From Blastocatellia bacterium (GTDB lineage Bacteria > Acidobacteriota > Blastocatellia > UBA7656), in contig DATLXU010000067.1 in NCBI GenBank assembly GCA_035575515.1, positions 6,519 through 70,518 of the forward strand: 64,000 bases of DNA, in the 5' to 3' direction. Shown here one piece after another: positions 1 through 9,387 of this stretch (its first letter is position 1; every line of letters starts with the position of its first letter). A model generated the notes under the pieces. The model saw only the letters and a list, made by a program, of their open reading frames with translations, did not search any database and was not told where the DNA came from. The position numbers were made by a program, and so were the translations under genes.

Positions 1-1241
1 GGCCAGCTCCTTTGATTTCCCATCGTGATGATCGTGGCCAATCGCGCGGGGCTTCCATAAACCGAGCCGCGATCAAATATCCTCAAGCCGATTCCCTGAA
101 TATTGTTTCGCACGTTGAAGGAATGCGCTACGCCAAGCCCGTTGTCATAATCGAAATCGGCCCAGATGTAAGCGAAGTCAAATGCGTCATCGTGCGCGCT
201 GTAGAAGGCTCGCATCAGCGCGGGCACATCCAACAGCTTCTCTTTCGAAAACGCCTCGAAGAACGGGCCGGAGATTGTCTGTTCCGTCGGCTCGGATAAA
301 TCAACCGGCTGCGCGTCCGCGTCGGAATTGCCGGGCGAAATGCCAGCCACCGCGCTATGCGCTTTGATTTTTTTATAAACGAAGGCGATTCGCCCGTCGT
401 CGTATAGCACCGCTTGAAAAGTGTTCTTGCCACCGTAAACCGCATCAGGCACTTTGTCCCACGTGACGATGTGGCGATCGCTCAAGCGCGTGTAGTAAAT
501 ATTCCCTGCTTCACTGACGCTCAGGTCTGTCCACAGCGGCGCGATTCGCGGCAACCCCGTAGCAAGAGCCGCAGGCGAAGCGCGCCCGTTCGTGTCGCCC
601 CGACCGAATGTTATATAGCCGTTCGTGCCGATGTAGAGCGTGTCGTATTGCGCGCCGTAAAATGGGAAGAGCGGGCCGCGAACCGCTATGTCAATATCGT
701 GGTAGCCATTGTCGTAGTTGCCCAACTCGCCGTCAGCCCCGAAGAAAAATCCGAGCCTGAACCCGTAATTTCTGTTGAACGCGATGTCAGCAGGAGCGAC
801 GCGAAAGCCATTGCCATCGGGTGTAAAGATCACCGCGTTGTTGTTCAAATCGAACTTCGATGGCGGAAGGATAATCGTGCCGTCGTCTTCGATAATGGAC
901 GTGCCGCCGATGTCTTCTACCTTTGGCGCGCTCAGGCTCGCGGTAGTCATTAAAGCAGCAACGCGCTTATTCAATCGAAGCGCGTTGAGCCTGTGTTTGC
1001 TCAATTCATCTTCGGCGCCGCGCGGGTCGTAGCCGCAATCGAACTGGCCACCGGGCAACCGCGCGGCGCGCTTCTCAGTCTTCAATTTATCGCGACGGGC
1101 CGCGTCAGCCGAAATTCGACCGAGCGAAGGCGCGAGCGCAAACGCCGCGAGCGCGAGGGCAAGCCCCGCGCGGCGGTTGAACAACCGCCGCGCGCAAGCA
1201 AGAAATCTCGCAGGGTCAATTCCATTAAAGAGTTTATTCAT
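1..1241 (-). CDS. secreted hypothetical protein, N-terminal part (3' end runs off window start); twin-arginine-like signal (RRLFNRR + Ala/Leu h-region)
   Basis: Manual translation of the reverse strand gives an open frame from ATG at 1241 (alternative ATG 1280) to position 1 with no stop, MNKLFNGIDPARFLACARRLFNRRAGLALALAAFALAPSLG.... It is not in the ORF track because the stop lies outside the window. The plus-strand ORFs 12..1322 change frame repeatedly and look antisense. Confidence 0.5.
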   Translation of the reverse strand, partial: MNKLFNGIDPARFLACARRLFNRRAGLALALAAFALAPSLGRISADAARRDKLKTEKRAARLPGGQFDCGYDPRGAEDELSKHRLNALRLNKRVAALMTTASLSAPKVEDIGGTSIIEDDGTIILPPSKFDLNNNAVIFTPDGNGFRVAPADIAFNRNYGFRLGFFFGADGELGNYDNGYHDIDIAVRGPLFPFYGAQYDTLYIGTNGYITFGRGDTNGRASPAALATGLPRIAPLWTDLSVSEAGNIYYTRLSDRHIVTWDKVPDAVYGGKNTFQAVLYDDGRIAFVYKKIKAHSAVAGISPGNSDADAQPVDLSEPTEQTISGPFFEAFSKEKLLDVPALMRAFYSAHDDAFDFAYIWADFDYDNGLGVAHSFNVRNNIQGIGLRIFDRGSVYGSPARLATIITMGNQRSW

Positions 1242-1383
1242 ATTCTCGGTTTCGTCTTGCTGCCAAGCGCTCACGCGCATTATATGCAAGCCGCGCGCTG
1301 TGTCACAACCCGCCTTATTTAACACGTTCATTGCGGCAAATAGCTCAGTCGCGCAACCCGAAAGTTGCATTGCGAATGTAAGT

Positions 1384-1413
1384 GTTCAGACTACCGACAA
1401 AAAAGACTGAACA
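1384..1413. promoter_or_regulatory. 9-bp inverted repeat TGTTCAGAC-N12-GACTGAACA in an AT-rich divergent promoter region
   Basis: Seen directly. It lies between the divergent minus gene (start 1241) and the AAA+ gene (1688). Candidate operator. Confidence 0.2.
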
Positions 1414-1687
1414 GATACTTGCGAATTATGCGCTTGACAAACAAATGGTGATAGAATAAAAGGCAGTAAGCGACAACGTTCAGCCCCATTGTGCAGGAAG
1501 GGATGCGTAGCACGCTGCGCGAAATAGGTTTATAATTAAGTATCCGATGAAAAATTCTCCAACGTTTTAAGGCTGTGTTTCATCCATAGCTATTGAAATC
1601 GTTGTTTGTCAATCAGGAAGGTCGAACCCGCACAGCCCCGAGCGTTGCTTGCGCATCTGAGGGCGCGGTCTGACCTGCCCCGATTAG

Positions 1688-2887
1688 TTGGGAGTAGAAG
1701 AAGTGGAAGGAAAAGAACAAGCACAAAGTAGTCGAGTACCCCTCAATCCAGATTTGAAAAGTCCACGCGCCCAGGAGTTCGAGTCGAAACTCGCTTCTCT
1801 GATTGTCGGGCAGGAGCGCGCCGTGCGCCGCATATCGGGGCTTTATCAAATATATCTTGCAGGCATGCAGAATCCTGGAAGGCCGATTGGAACGATGCTG
1901 TTTTTAGGCCCTACCGGGTCGGGCAAAACGCGCGTCGTCGAGGCAGCCGCCGAAGTGCTCTTCAATGACGCGAATGCCGTCGTTAAGGTTGACTGCGCGG
2001 AGTTCCAGCATTCGCATGAGATCGCTAAACTGATCGGCTCGCCTCCCGGTTATCTGGGCCATCGTGAGACAGCGCCGATGCTCACGCAGGAAAACCTCGA
2101 CAAGTATCATACCGAGCAGGACAAGCTCACCTTTGTCCTGTTCGACGAAATAGAAAAAGCGTCGGACGCGCTCTGGCAATTATTGCTCGGCATATTGGAT
2201 AAGGCGACGCTCACGCTTGGCGACAACCGCAAAGTCGACTTCTCGCGCTGCATGATTTTTCTCACATCGAATCTCGGCGCGAAAGAGATGAGCGAACTGA
2301 TAACAGGCTCGATAGGCTTTGCGCCCGCGCGGGCCAAAGGGATGATTGAAGACGACGTCGACCAGAAGATTTATCGCACTGCGTCGGAAGCTGCGAAGCG
2401 GAAGTTTTCGCCCGAGTTCATGAACCGCATTGATAAGGTCGTCGTCTTCCGCAGCCTGAAGGAGCATCACCTGCGTCAGATACTCGAGCTTGAGCTTGGG
2501 CAGGTGCAGTCGCGCATCATGAAAGGCACAGGCGAGAAGTTCGTCTTCACCTGCACGGATGAAGCGAAGAAGTTTCTGCTCGATGAAGGGATTGATTTCA
2601 AATACGGCGCGCGACACTTGAAGCGAGCGATTGAAAGATTCCTCGTCTATCCGATCTCCAACCTCGTTGCCACAGGTCAGGTGGCGACGGGCGATCTTGT
2701 TGTTATTGATTATGACGGGGCGACTGGCAAGCTGGTCTTCACGAAAGAAGAAGGCGGTGCGCTGATTGACCCGTACCGCGAAAAGCATCCTGAGATGTTC
2801 GCTGGTCCTGAAGAAGGGCAAGCGGCGGAAGCAGCAGCGTCCAACACGGGACTTGTGACGGCCCCGCTGAAAGCGATTGAGAAGTAG
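1688..2887 (+). CDS. single-module Clp/Hsp100-type AAA+ ATPase (ClpA/ClpB D2-like domain plus C-terminal D2-small domain), with an IGF loop
   Basis: Walker A LFLGPTGSGKT and Walker B FVLFDEIEKA. Strong resemblance to ClpB D2 (VGQERAV, IGSPPGYLGH, sensor and D2-small domains). GSIGFAPARAKG resembles the ClpX ClpP-docking loop. TTG start. Confidence 0.8.
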   Translation: MGVEEVEGKEQAQSSRVPLNPDLKSPRAQEFESKLASLIVGQERAVRRISGLYQIYLAGMQNPGRPIGTMLFLGPTGSGKTRVVEAAAEVLFNDANAVVKVDCAEFQHSHEIAKLIGSPPGYLGHRETAPMLTQENLDKYHTEQDKLTFVLFDEIEKASDALWQLLLGILDKATLTLGDNRKVDFSRCMIFLTSNLGAKEMSELITGSIGFAPARAKGMIEDDVDQKIYRTASEAAKRKFSPEFMNRIDKVVVFRSLKEHHLRQILELELGQVQSRIMKGTGEKFVFTCTDEAKKFLLDEGIDFKYGARHLKRAIERFLVYPISNLVATGQVATGDLVVIDYDGATGKLVFTKEEGGALIDPYREKHPEMFAGPEEGQAAEAAASNTGLVTAPLKAIEK

Positions 2888-2914
2888 CGGCGGTTCCGAT
2901 ACGCTTTGTGCCAG

Positions 2915-2942
2915 GCCCGGCAGATAATGAATCTTGCCGGGC
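2915..2942 (+). terminator. hairpin GCCCGGCA-N12-TGCCGGGC followed by a T-rich tract
   Basis: Seen in sequence immediately after the AAA+ stop. Confidence 0.35.
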
Positions 2943-3053
2943 TTGATTATTTAAGAACAAAGCTCGGAGTTTGAAGTTCAGGGTTATAAGCGGAAGCATA
3001 CAACCGGCGAACACTGCTGATTTCGAAGGCCGCGCTCCGAAATCCCAACAGCT

Positions 3054-4280
3054 ATGCAAGTCATATTTGCCATCGTCACGATACTGGGTTTGAACGCGCA
3101 GGCTGGCGCGCGCGCAGAGACTATTCGCATTGGCCTGTTCAGCCTGTTCAAGCCGCAGGTCGTTCACGCACGCATTTGGTCGGGTGAAAGCGCGCGACTC
3201 GATCTGGATGGCTCATCAAGCGGCGTTTCGATAGCGCGCGGCGACGTTGTGCGTTGTTCGCTTTCGGGCGGGCGGCTTCAAATCAAGGTGAGCGATTCAT
3301 TCGGCAGAATCAAATTATCGCGTGCGGCAAGCGAAGCTCGCATAAGCCCAGCGGGCGCGACGATGATTGAATTGAGCCTGCCGGGAAAGATGCGCCGCAC
3401 GGTGCGCGGCGACGTCTCTATCGCACGAAGCGAGCGACGCTCGAGCAATCAATTAAAAATAATTCTTTCGACAGACGGCGAGATGGCCGTCGCTTCGATT
3501 GTCGCGGCAGAACTCGGCGGGCAGCGTGCGCCCGAAGCGTTCAAGGCGCTCGCCGTCGCGGTGAGAACTTACATGCTCTCGCACCAAAATCGTCACGCGG
3601 ACGAGGGCTTCGATTTTTGCGACACGACGCATTGCCAGCTTTATCGCGGCGAGCAGGATTTATCCCTCGAAGCCAGATCGCCCGTAGTCGCAAGCGCGGT
3701 CGCCCAAACTCGCGGCGAGTATCTCAGCTACCATGACAAAACGATTGAAGGTTATTACACAGCCGTATGCGGCGGCTTGTCCGTCACGCCTGAGATGGTC
3801 TGGGGCGGCGCGAATGCGAGCAATTATCCTTATCAGCGCATCGCGTGCCGCTGGTGTCGCAAGTCGCGTTATGCCAGATGGACGCGCTCGGCTGATGCTG
3901 CGCTCGCGCTCGATGCGCTGTCATCAACTGTAGGATTTCAGTTGTCGCAATTGTCGCAGCTTCGCGTCGAAAGCGACGAACCGAGCGGCTTCGCGCGCGC
4001 GGTGACGATTCGCGACAACGGGCGAGAAGTCCGATTGAGTGCAGATGAATTCCGGCGAGCGATTGGCCGCCGACTCGGATGGAACAAGGTTTTGAGTCCG
4101 TCATTCACGATTGAGCGTCAGGGTCGTTTGATGATTTTTCATGGGCGCGGATTCGGCAGTCAGATAGGGTTGTGTCTTGCGGGCGCGGTCGAGCAAGCGA
4201 AGGCGGGTCGCGGCTATCAGAACATTCTGAATTTCTACTATCCGCATACAGAAATCAAAGGCCGAGCAATGCATGAATAA
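3054..4280 (+). CDS. SpoIID/LytB domain protein (cell-wall amidase enhancer family)
   Basis: Motifs AVAVRTYMLSHQ and CDTTHCQLYRG are typical of the SpoIID/LytB domain. N-terminal signal-like segment. Confidence 0.7.
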   Translation: MQVIFAIVTILGLNAQAGARAETIRIGLFSLFKPQVVHARIWSGESARLDLDGSSSGVSIARGDVVRCSLSGGRLQIKVSDSFGRIKLSRAASEARISPAGATMIELSLPGKMRRTVRGDVSIARSERRSSNQLKIILSTDGEMAVASIVAAELGGQRAPEAFKALAVAVRTYMLSHQNRHADEGFDFCDTTHCQLYRGEQDLSLEARSPVVASAVAQTRGEYLSYHDKTIEGYYTAVCGGLSVTPEMVWGGANASNYPYQRIACRWCRKSRYARWTRSADAALALDALSSTVGFQLSQLSQLRVESDEPSGFARAVTIRDNGREVRLSADEFRRAIGRRLGWNKVLSPSFTIERQGRLMIFHGRGFGSQIGLCLAGAVEQAKAGRGYQNILNFYYPHTEIKGRAMHE

Positions 4281-4941
4281 AACCGGATTGATAATTATTC
4301 TCGGAATCAAAAGCAGCCTCAAGGGTTTTGGCGAGTGGCTTGTGGCGTTCGGCGCGCTGGGGCTGTTTGCCATATCGCTGTTGGATTCGGCATTCGTGCC
4401 GCTTCCGAGCGGGCCGGATTTGATAATGATAATCCTCACGGTCGAATCGCCCCGATGGATGCCGGTCTATGCATTTGCGGCGACGGCTGGCTCGACCATC
4501 GGCTGCGCGTTTTTGTATCTGGTTGCAAGGCGTGCTGGCGCGACTGCGCTCAGGCGCGTGAGCGCGGAGCGGCGCGAGCGAATCGAAAACCTGCTGGGCC
4601 GCTACGATATGCTTGCGGTTATGGTCCCGTCGGTGTTGCCGCCGCCTTTTCCGTTCAAGCCGTTCATTCTGGGCGCGGGCGTGTTCAGGCTGAAGCTTCC
4701 GAGATTTATTATCGCGATATTCATCGGGCGCGGCGCGCGGTTTCTAATCGAAGGATGGCTTGCGATACAGTTCGGCAAAGAAGCGACCGACGTGATCCAA
4801 CGGCATGGATTGAAAGTCTTGATTGCAGTTGCAGTGATATTTATAGTGAGCCTTGCGTTAAAGTTCTATCGCTTGCGCTCGCGCCGCGCGCAGCCCCTTG
4901 CGGTTGACGAAATCAGCGGACAGGAGTCAGAGTCCAAATAG
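4273..4941 (+). CDS. DedA/YqaA-family (SNARE-associated) membrane protein
   Basis: Multi-TM protein with a LLDSAFVPLPSGPD-type motif. Overlaps the upstream stop by 8 nt (operon). Confidence 0.55.
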   Translation: MNKTGLIIILGIKSSLKGFGEWLVAFGALGLFAISLLDSAFVPLPSGPDLIMIILTVESPRWMPVYAFAATAGSTIGCAFLYLVARRAGATALRRVSAERRERIENLLGRYDMLAVMVPSVLPPPFPFKPFILGAGVFRLKLPRFIIAIFIGRGARFLIEGWLAIQFGKEATDVIQRHGLKVLIAVAVIFIVSLALKFYRLRSRRAQPLAVDEISGQESESK

Positions 4942-5121
4942 CTGTTGTCCTGAAATAGGCTGCTGGAGCCAATTTCAAGGCAGCAATCATTTCTCCTCTG
5001 CCACCCGCTCGCTGACAACTGGCGATTGCTCACAGGCATCACAGTCATTGAGCAAGCCACGTCCCGCACATTCAGGGTGAGATGAAAAGGAACTTTCCCG
5101 CACCCTCGCGCGTGTGGTAGC

Positions 5122-5712
5122 ATGAACGACTTTGGAGAAATGGCCGGGCCTTACATGAGAAAGTTAGCATTAATAATCGCGCTGCTCCCGCTGCTGATTC
5201 CGGGACTCGCACAATCGCGCAATAATTGCTTGCGCGTCATGCCTGTTAATGAACTGACGCGCAACGCTATCCTCATCGCGCGCGTGAAAGTGTTTCGCAC
5301 AGAAAAAGCTAGATACAAGGGGCTGTTCAATCAATTGGCGACATTGCGTCCCGTTGATGTTATCGAAGGCGACTTCACGCTTACAGAGATTAACGTGCTG
5401 GCGCGCTCGAACGAACGCTGCGCCGAAGATAATTACATCAAAGACCAGGAGATGCTTGTTTTCCTTGAGCCTGAGGACAGCTTATTCCACACTGTGAATT
5501 TTCAATATGGTCAATTCCTCATCGTCGGCGACATCGTGAAAGGCTGGCGCGACAAAGCGAACAATGCAGTTGATAAGCCTTATGCGGAGGTGCGGCAGGA
5601 AATTACGGATTACGTCAAAGCCGCGCGCACTCCTAAGACCGAAGGCGAGCCGAAGCCGCCCGCGCCACAAAAGCCGCCTGCTCAGCCAGTCAAGCCGCCC
5701 GCGATTCCATAG
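5122..5712 (+). CDS. hypothetical secreted protein with Pro/Lys-rich C-terminal tail
   Basis: Signal peptide MRKLALIIALLPLLIPGLAQS (alternative start 5155). C-terminus EGEPKPPAPQKPPAQPVKPPAIP. Confidence 0.5.
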   Translation: MNDFGEMAGPYMRKLALIIALLPLLIPGLAQSRNNCLRVMPVNELTRNAILIARVKVFRTEKARYKGLFNQLATLRPVDVIEGDFTLTEINVLARSNERCAEDNYIKDQEMLVFLEPEDSLFHTVNFQYGQFLIVGDIVKGWRDKANNAVDKPYAEVRQEITDYVKAARTPKTEGEPKPPAPQKPPAQPVKPPAIP

Positions 5713-5744
5713 CCGCGTTAAAGGTCAATACTGACAGAATCAAT

Positions 5745-6878
5745 TCACTTTGCGCTCTTCACGTCGCGCAGGCTCACGTAGCCAACTATCAACCCGTTTG
5801 AATCAATCACGACGGCGCGGCCCATTCCGTTATTTGATAAGATCGTTTGCGCCTGCGCGATGATGGTGTTCGCATTGATGAACATCGAAGCGTCAACCGG
5901 GCGCATCACTTCGCGCACTTCGAGCCTCGCCCAATCCTCGCGCGGGACCGATTTCAAATCTTTGAGCATCAGCATTCCGTGAAGCCTGCGATCACGCACA
6001 ACAGGGAAGGTTGTATGGTGATTGTTCTGAAGAACCTTATTTATGAAATCGCTGACCTTCATCTCAGGCGGGATTTGGACTACGTTGCGGTTCATCACAT
6101 CTTCGACCGTGCCGCGCCTGACGCGCCACACGCCGTAGCTGCGACCTTCGGTTGTGCCGAGCATAAGCGCGACTATCAACCCGACAATCATCATCCACAT
6201 TCCCATCACCCAATCAACGCTGCGGAAATAGAGTATGCCCATAACTATTAGCGTGATGGCAATCATCAGCCCGGCGCGCACGGCCATCTGAGTCGCCGCG
6301 CGGAAATTCTTGTTCAAGCGCCACAGCAACGCTCTGAGCACGCGCCCGCCGTCGAGCGGCATTCCGGGAAGTATGTTGAAGCCTGCGAGGAATAGATTGA
6401 CGATGCCTAGATGACGAAGCACCTGCCCGATGCCTCTGTGCGTCGTGCCGTAAAGCAACAGTTCATCGGCTGCGAAGAAGATTATGCCTAACAGGAAACT
6501 GGCCGCAGGCCCGACGATTGCGATTTTGAATTCAGACGAAGGCTGCGCGGGCTGCCCGTTGAGCGCGGCAAGCCCGCCGAATATGTAGAGCGTGATGTTG
6601 CCAGTGCCGAGGCCTTCGGCCCGCGCCATAACGGAGTGCGCAAGCTCGTGCGCCAGCACCGATACGAAAAGCAGAAAGGTTGTGAATAGACCGAGCGCCC
6701 AGTACTCAGCCTGAGTCATCCCCGGCGCTTCGCGCGGCAAAAGCGCCGAAGCTATGGCCCACGCGTAAAAGGGGAATACGGGCAGCCAGCTATAATGCGC
6801 GCGGATGGGTATGCCGAAGATGCGACCGAGATAAATAGGCCGTGGGTTGATTCTCATTCGCTTCAGATTGAATCGCAT
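5745..6878 (-). CDS. site-2 protease family zinc metalloprotease (M50) with C-terminal CBS domain pair
   Basis: HELAHS zinc motif within TM helices, a GIPIRAHYSW start typical of M50B, and a C-terminal CBS-like region. The longest ORF extends to 6920. Confidence 0.8.
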   Translation of the reverse strand: MRFNLKRMRINPRPIYLGRIFGIPIRAHYSWLPVFPFYAWAIASALLPREAPGMTQAEYWALGLFTTFLLFVSVLAHELAHSVMARAEGLGTGNITLYIFGGLAALNGQPAQPSSEFKIAIVGPAASFLLGIIFFAADELLLYGTTHRGIGQVLRHLGIVNLFLAGFNILPGMPLDGGRVLRALLWRLNKNFRAATQMAVRAGLMIAITLIVMGILYFRSVDWVMGMWMMIVGLIVALMLGTTEGRSYGVWRVRRGTVEDVMNRNVVQIPPEMKVSDFINKVLQNNHHTTFPVVRDRRLHGMLMLKDLKSVPREDWARLEVREVMRPVDASMFINANTIIAQAQTILSNNGMGRAVVIDSNGLIVGYVSLRDVKSAK

Positions 6879-6998
6879 AAGATGGGCGCTCTGCAAAGAG
6901 TTTACCTTGCGCGGGCACACGCGACAAGCAATCCGGCCAAGGTGGATGACACGCTCCTGCGAAGCTGATCCATTTTGCGATCAACCGCATCGCTCAAT

Positions 6999-8159
6999 TC
7001 ACAAGATGAGCATCGCGTCGCCATAGCTGTAGAAACGATATTCATGCTCGACCGCGTGGCGGTATGCTTTCAGAATCAAATCCCGCCCGGCGAATGCTGA
7101 CACCAGCATCAAAAGCGACGAGCGCGGCAGGTGAAAATTGGTTATCAATCCGCTCAGCACCTGAAACTTGAAACCGGGATAAATAAAGAGGTCTGTCGTG
7201 CCTGCGCCGGGGGGCAGGGGTCGGTTGTCAGGATCAGATTCGGATAGCGCGTGGCTGGTACGGGAAGGAGATGAACTTGTTGATGTGATCTCCCGGTCCC
7301 CTGTCCCCTGCTCCCTGCTCCCTGCTCCCTGCCGACAGGCTGATTCAAGCGCGCGGGTTGTCGTCGTGCCGACGGCGATAACTCGTCGCCCTTCACCGAG
7401 CGCGCGATTGATTGAGCGCGCGGCCTCTTTGCCGATCGTGTACCTTTCAGGCTCGACGTGATGCTGTTCGACTTGCTCGACCCGAACAGGCTGAAACGTT
7501 CCGTAGCCGACGTGCAGAGTTATCTCAGCTATTTCGATCCCTTGCGCTCGCACGCGCTCAAGCAACTCAGGCGTGAAGTGCAATCCGGCGGTCGGGGCGG
7601 CGACGGCTCCGCGCTCGCGGGCGTAAACCGTTTGATAGCGCTCGGCGTCGAGCCGGTCCTCTTCGTCGCGCTTGATGTAGGGAGGAAGCGGCGTGCGGCC
7701 TATGCGGTCAATTATCTCGTCAAAGTCGCCTTCGCTTTCAAAGCGAACGATGCGGCGACCCATCTCGCGCCACTCGATTACTTCAGCCGTGAGCTTGCCG
7801 CGCGCGAACTCGATGCGCGCTCCCGGCAGCAATGATTTGCCGGGTCGCACCAGAGCTTCCCAAACTAAAGGCTCGATGCGCTGCACCAGAAAAACTTCGA
7901 CGCGCCCGCCTAAGACAGTCTCGCCTCGCGGAGTTTTTCTGAGCCTCCTGCCTATAAGCCGCGCGGGAAAGACTCGCGTGTTGTTGACGACGAGCAAATC
8001 GCCCGCTCTGAGATAATCGGGCAATTGTTCAAAGATTGAATCCGTCAGCGCGCCGCTTTTGCGATCAACAACGAGCAAGCGCGAGCGGTCGCGCCGCGCC
8101 GACGGTTCTTGCGCGATTAATCTTTCAGGAAGCTCGTAGTCGAAATCAGAGACCAGCAT
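6999..8159 (-). CDS. queA: S-adenosylmethionine:tRNA ribosyltransferase-isomerase QueA, with a lineage-specific low-complexity insertion
   Basis: The N-terminus MLVSDFDYELPERLIAQ and C-terminus IYPGFKFQ...TNFHLP are classical QueA. The longest ORF starts at 8210. Confidence 0.85.
   Translation of the reverse strand: MLVSDFDYELPERLIAQEPSARRDRSRLLVVDRKSGALTDSIFEQLPDYLRAGDLLVVNNTRVFPARLIGRRLRKTPRGETVLGGRVEVFLVQRIEPLVWEALVRPGKSLLPGARIEFARGKLTAEVIEWREMGRRIVRFESEGDFDEIIDRIGRTPLPPYIKRDEEDRLDAERYQTVYARERGAVAAPTAGLHFTPELLERVRAQGIEIAEITLHVGYGTFQPVRVEQVEQHHVEPERYTIGKEAARSINRALGEGRRVIAVGTTTTRALESACRQGAGSREQGTGDREITSTSSSPSRTSHALSESDPDNRPLPPGAGTTDLFIYPGFKFQVLSGLITNFHLPRSSLLMLVSAFAGRDLILKAYRHAVEHEYRFYSYGDAMLIL
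7291..7332. repeat. six tandem heptamers (TCCCGGT CCCCTGT CCCCTGC TCCCTGC x3) inside the queA coding sequence
   Basis: Seen directly. 42 nt is 14 codons, so it is frame-preserving. It encodes GAGSREQGTGDRE in QueA. The unit matches the CCCTGAC arms of the intergenic palindromic elements. Confidence 0.7.
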
Positions 8160-8206
8160 ACGTTGCGATGTGGCGACGCGGAGACGCAGCGGCACAGCGA
8201 AAATGA

Positions 8207-9169
8207 TCAAAGCTGGAGATTACCCTCTCGAATCTCCGTCCCTCCGCGTCCTTGCGCATCCGCGTCTTTTTCAACTACCTCCTCAACCGGCAACTCATCT
8301 GCGCTGCGATGAGGCGACTTATAAGATGCCTTCAAAAGATGATCGCGGTGAAGCAGCGCGGTGAATTGCGCGCCGAAAAGCAATATCACGCTCGACAGGT
8401 AAACCCACGACAGCAGAGCCACGCCCGCGCCAATCGAACCGTACAGCAAATCGTAATGGAAATATGGCAGCAAGGAAGCGAACCCGAACTTCGCGCCTTC
8501 CCACAGCACGCCCGCGATTGTCGCTCCCACGAGCGCCTCTGTAAGCACAACGCGCGTGTTGGGCAGAAACTTGTAGAGCACCGTAAACAAAATTATGGTG
8601 ACGGCAACGCTGATTATGATAAATATCACTTGCCACGCCAGCCCCGCGAGCCAGGCAAGCTCAGGCCCTAATTGCAGAGGCAGACGTTCTGCCGCAGCCC
8701 GCAATCCGGTTACAAGCGTCGTGAAGATAGCCGATGCGCCAAGCAGCGCCCAGACCAAAGTCATAACGGCCATGTTCACCGCGCGACCATGCAGAAAAGA
8801 GCGCGGCGACGTGCCCCACACGCGATTGAGCGCCTTCTCGATAACAGTGAACAACCACGAGGCAGCCCACAGCACGACTATCAAACAGCTAATTATTAAT
8901 CCCGTTGAGATGTTCGATATGGATTCGAGGTTCTTGCGAATGAAGCTTTGAGCGCCGGGCAGAAAGCCAAGAACTTGGCTCACGAGGTATCTTTCGACAG
9001 TTTGCGGCCCGAGCACATAGTTGCCGATGGTTATCAACAACAGCAGCATCGGAAACAACACCAACATCGAGAAATACGACGCGGCAGCGGCAGACGTAGT
9101 CAAATCGTTATCCATGAACGCAACGAAGCTGCGCGTGAGTATCTTTCGTTTGTGCATCTTCTCCGCCAT
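8207..9169 (-). CDS. yihY: YihY/BrkB (virulence factor BrkB / formerly RNase BN) family membrane protein
   Basis: A 6-TM protein with the characteristic N-terminus and SYFSMLVLFP plus Gly-rich helices. Confidence 0.7.
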   Translation of the reverse strand: MAEKMHKRKILTRSFVAFMDNDLTTSAAAASYFSMLVLFPMLLLLITIGNYVLGPQTVERYLVSQVLGFLPGAQSFIRKNLESISNISTGLIISCLIVVLWAASWLFTVIEKALNRVWGTSPRSFLHGRAVNMAVMTLVWALLGASAIFTTLVTGLRAAAERLPLQLGPELAWLAGLAWQVIFIIISVAVTIILFTVLYKFLPNTRVVLTEALVGATIAGVLWEGAKFGFASLLPYFHYDLLYGSIGAGVALLSWVYLSSVILLFGAQFTALLHRDHLLKASYKSPHRSADELPVEEVVEKDADAQGRGGTEIREGNLQL

Positions 9170-9246
9170 AGCACCGAGCGCCGTTTGCTCCTCCCATTGA
9201 ATTTTATGTGCCTACCAGTTGATTGGCAAAGCAACGATCGGGAATC

Positions 9247-9365
9247 GGAAGTCAGGGGCCAGATAGAAGGCGCAAGGCAACAGGCAGCCGCTTTAGCATG
9301 TTTTTTGCTCTCTGCCGTTTGCTGCTTTCCGCCTTCTATCTTCTTCTCACTGACCCCTGACTCCT
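9247..9365. repeat. heptamer-built imperfect palindrome (arms AGTCAGGGGCCAGATAGAAGGCG / CGCCTTCTATCTTCTTCTCACTGACCCCTGACTCC)
   Basis: Seen directly in the divergent region between yihY and the FAD oxidoreductase gene. Confidence 0.55.
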
Positions 9366-9387
9366 GCTGTGATACAATCGCGGCTGC

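Noticed and set aside
12-1322. Plus-strand ORFs 12..299, 414..953, 775..1032 and 993..1322
   Set aside because: They overlap each other in different frames and have no recognisable domains. They lie antisense to a long open reverse frame with a signal peptide.
4335-4907. 190-aa Arg-rich ORF overlapping the DedA gene
   Set aside because: It is an alternative frame of a clear membrane-protein gene. The composition is a typical GC-rich frame artefact.
8252-8951. Plus-strand ORFs (139, 118, 75 aa) inside the yihY locus
   Set aside because: They are antisense to a well-supported 6-TM YihY/BrkB gene and are Arg/His-rich low-complexity translations.
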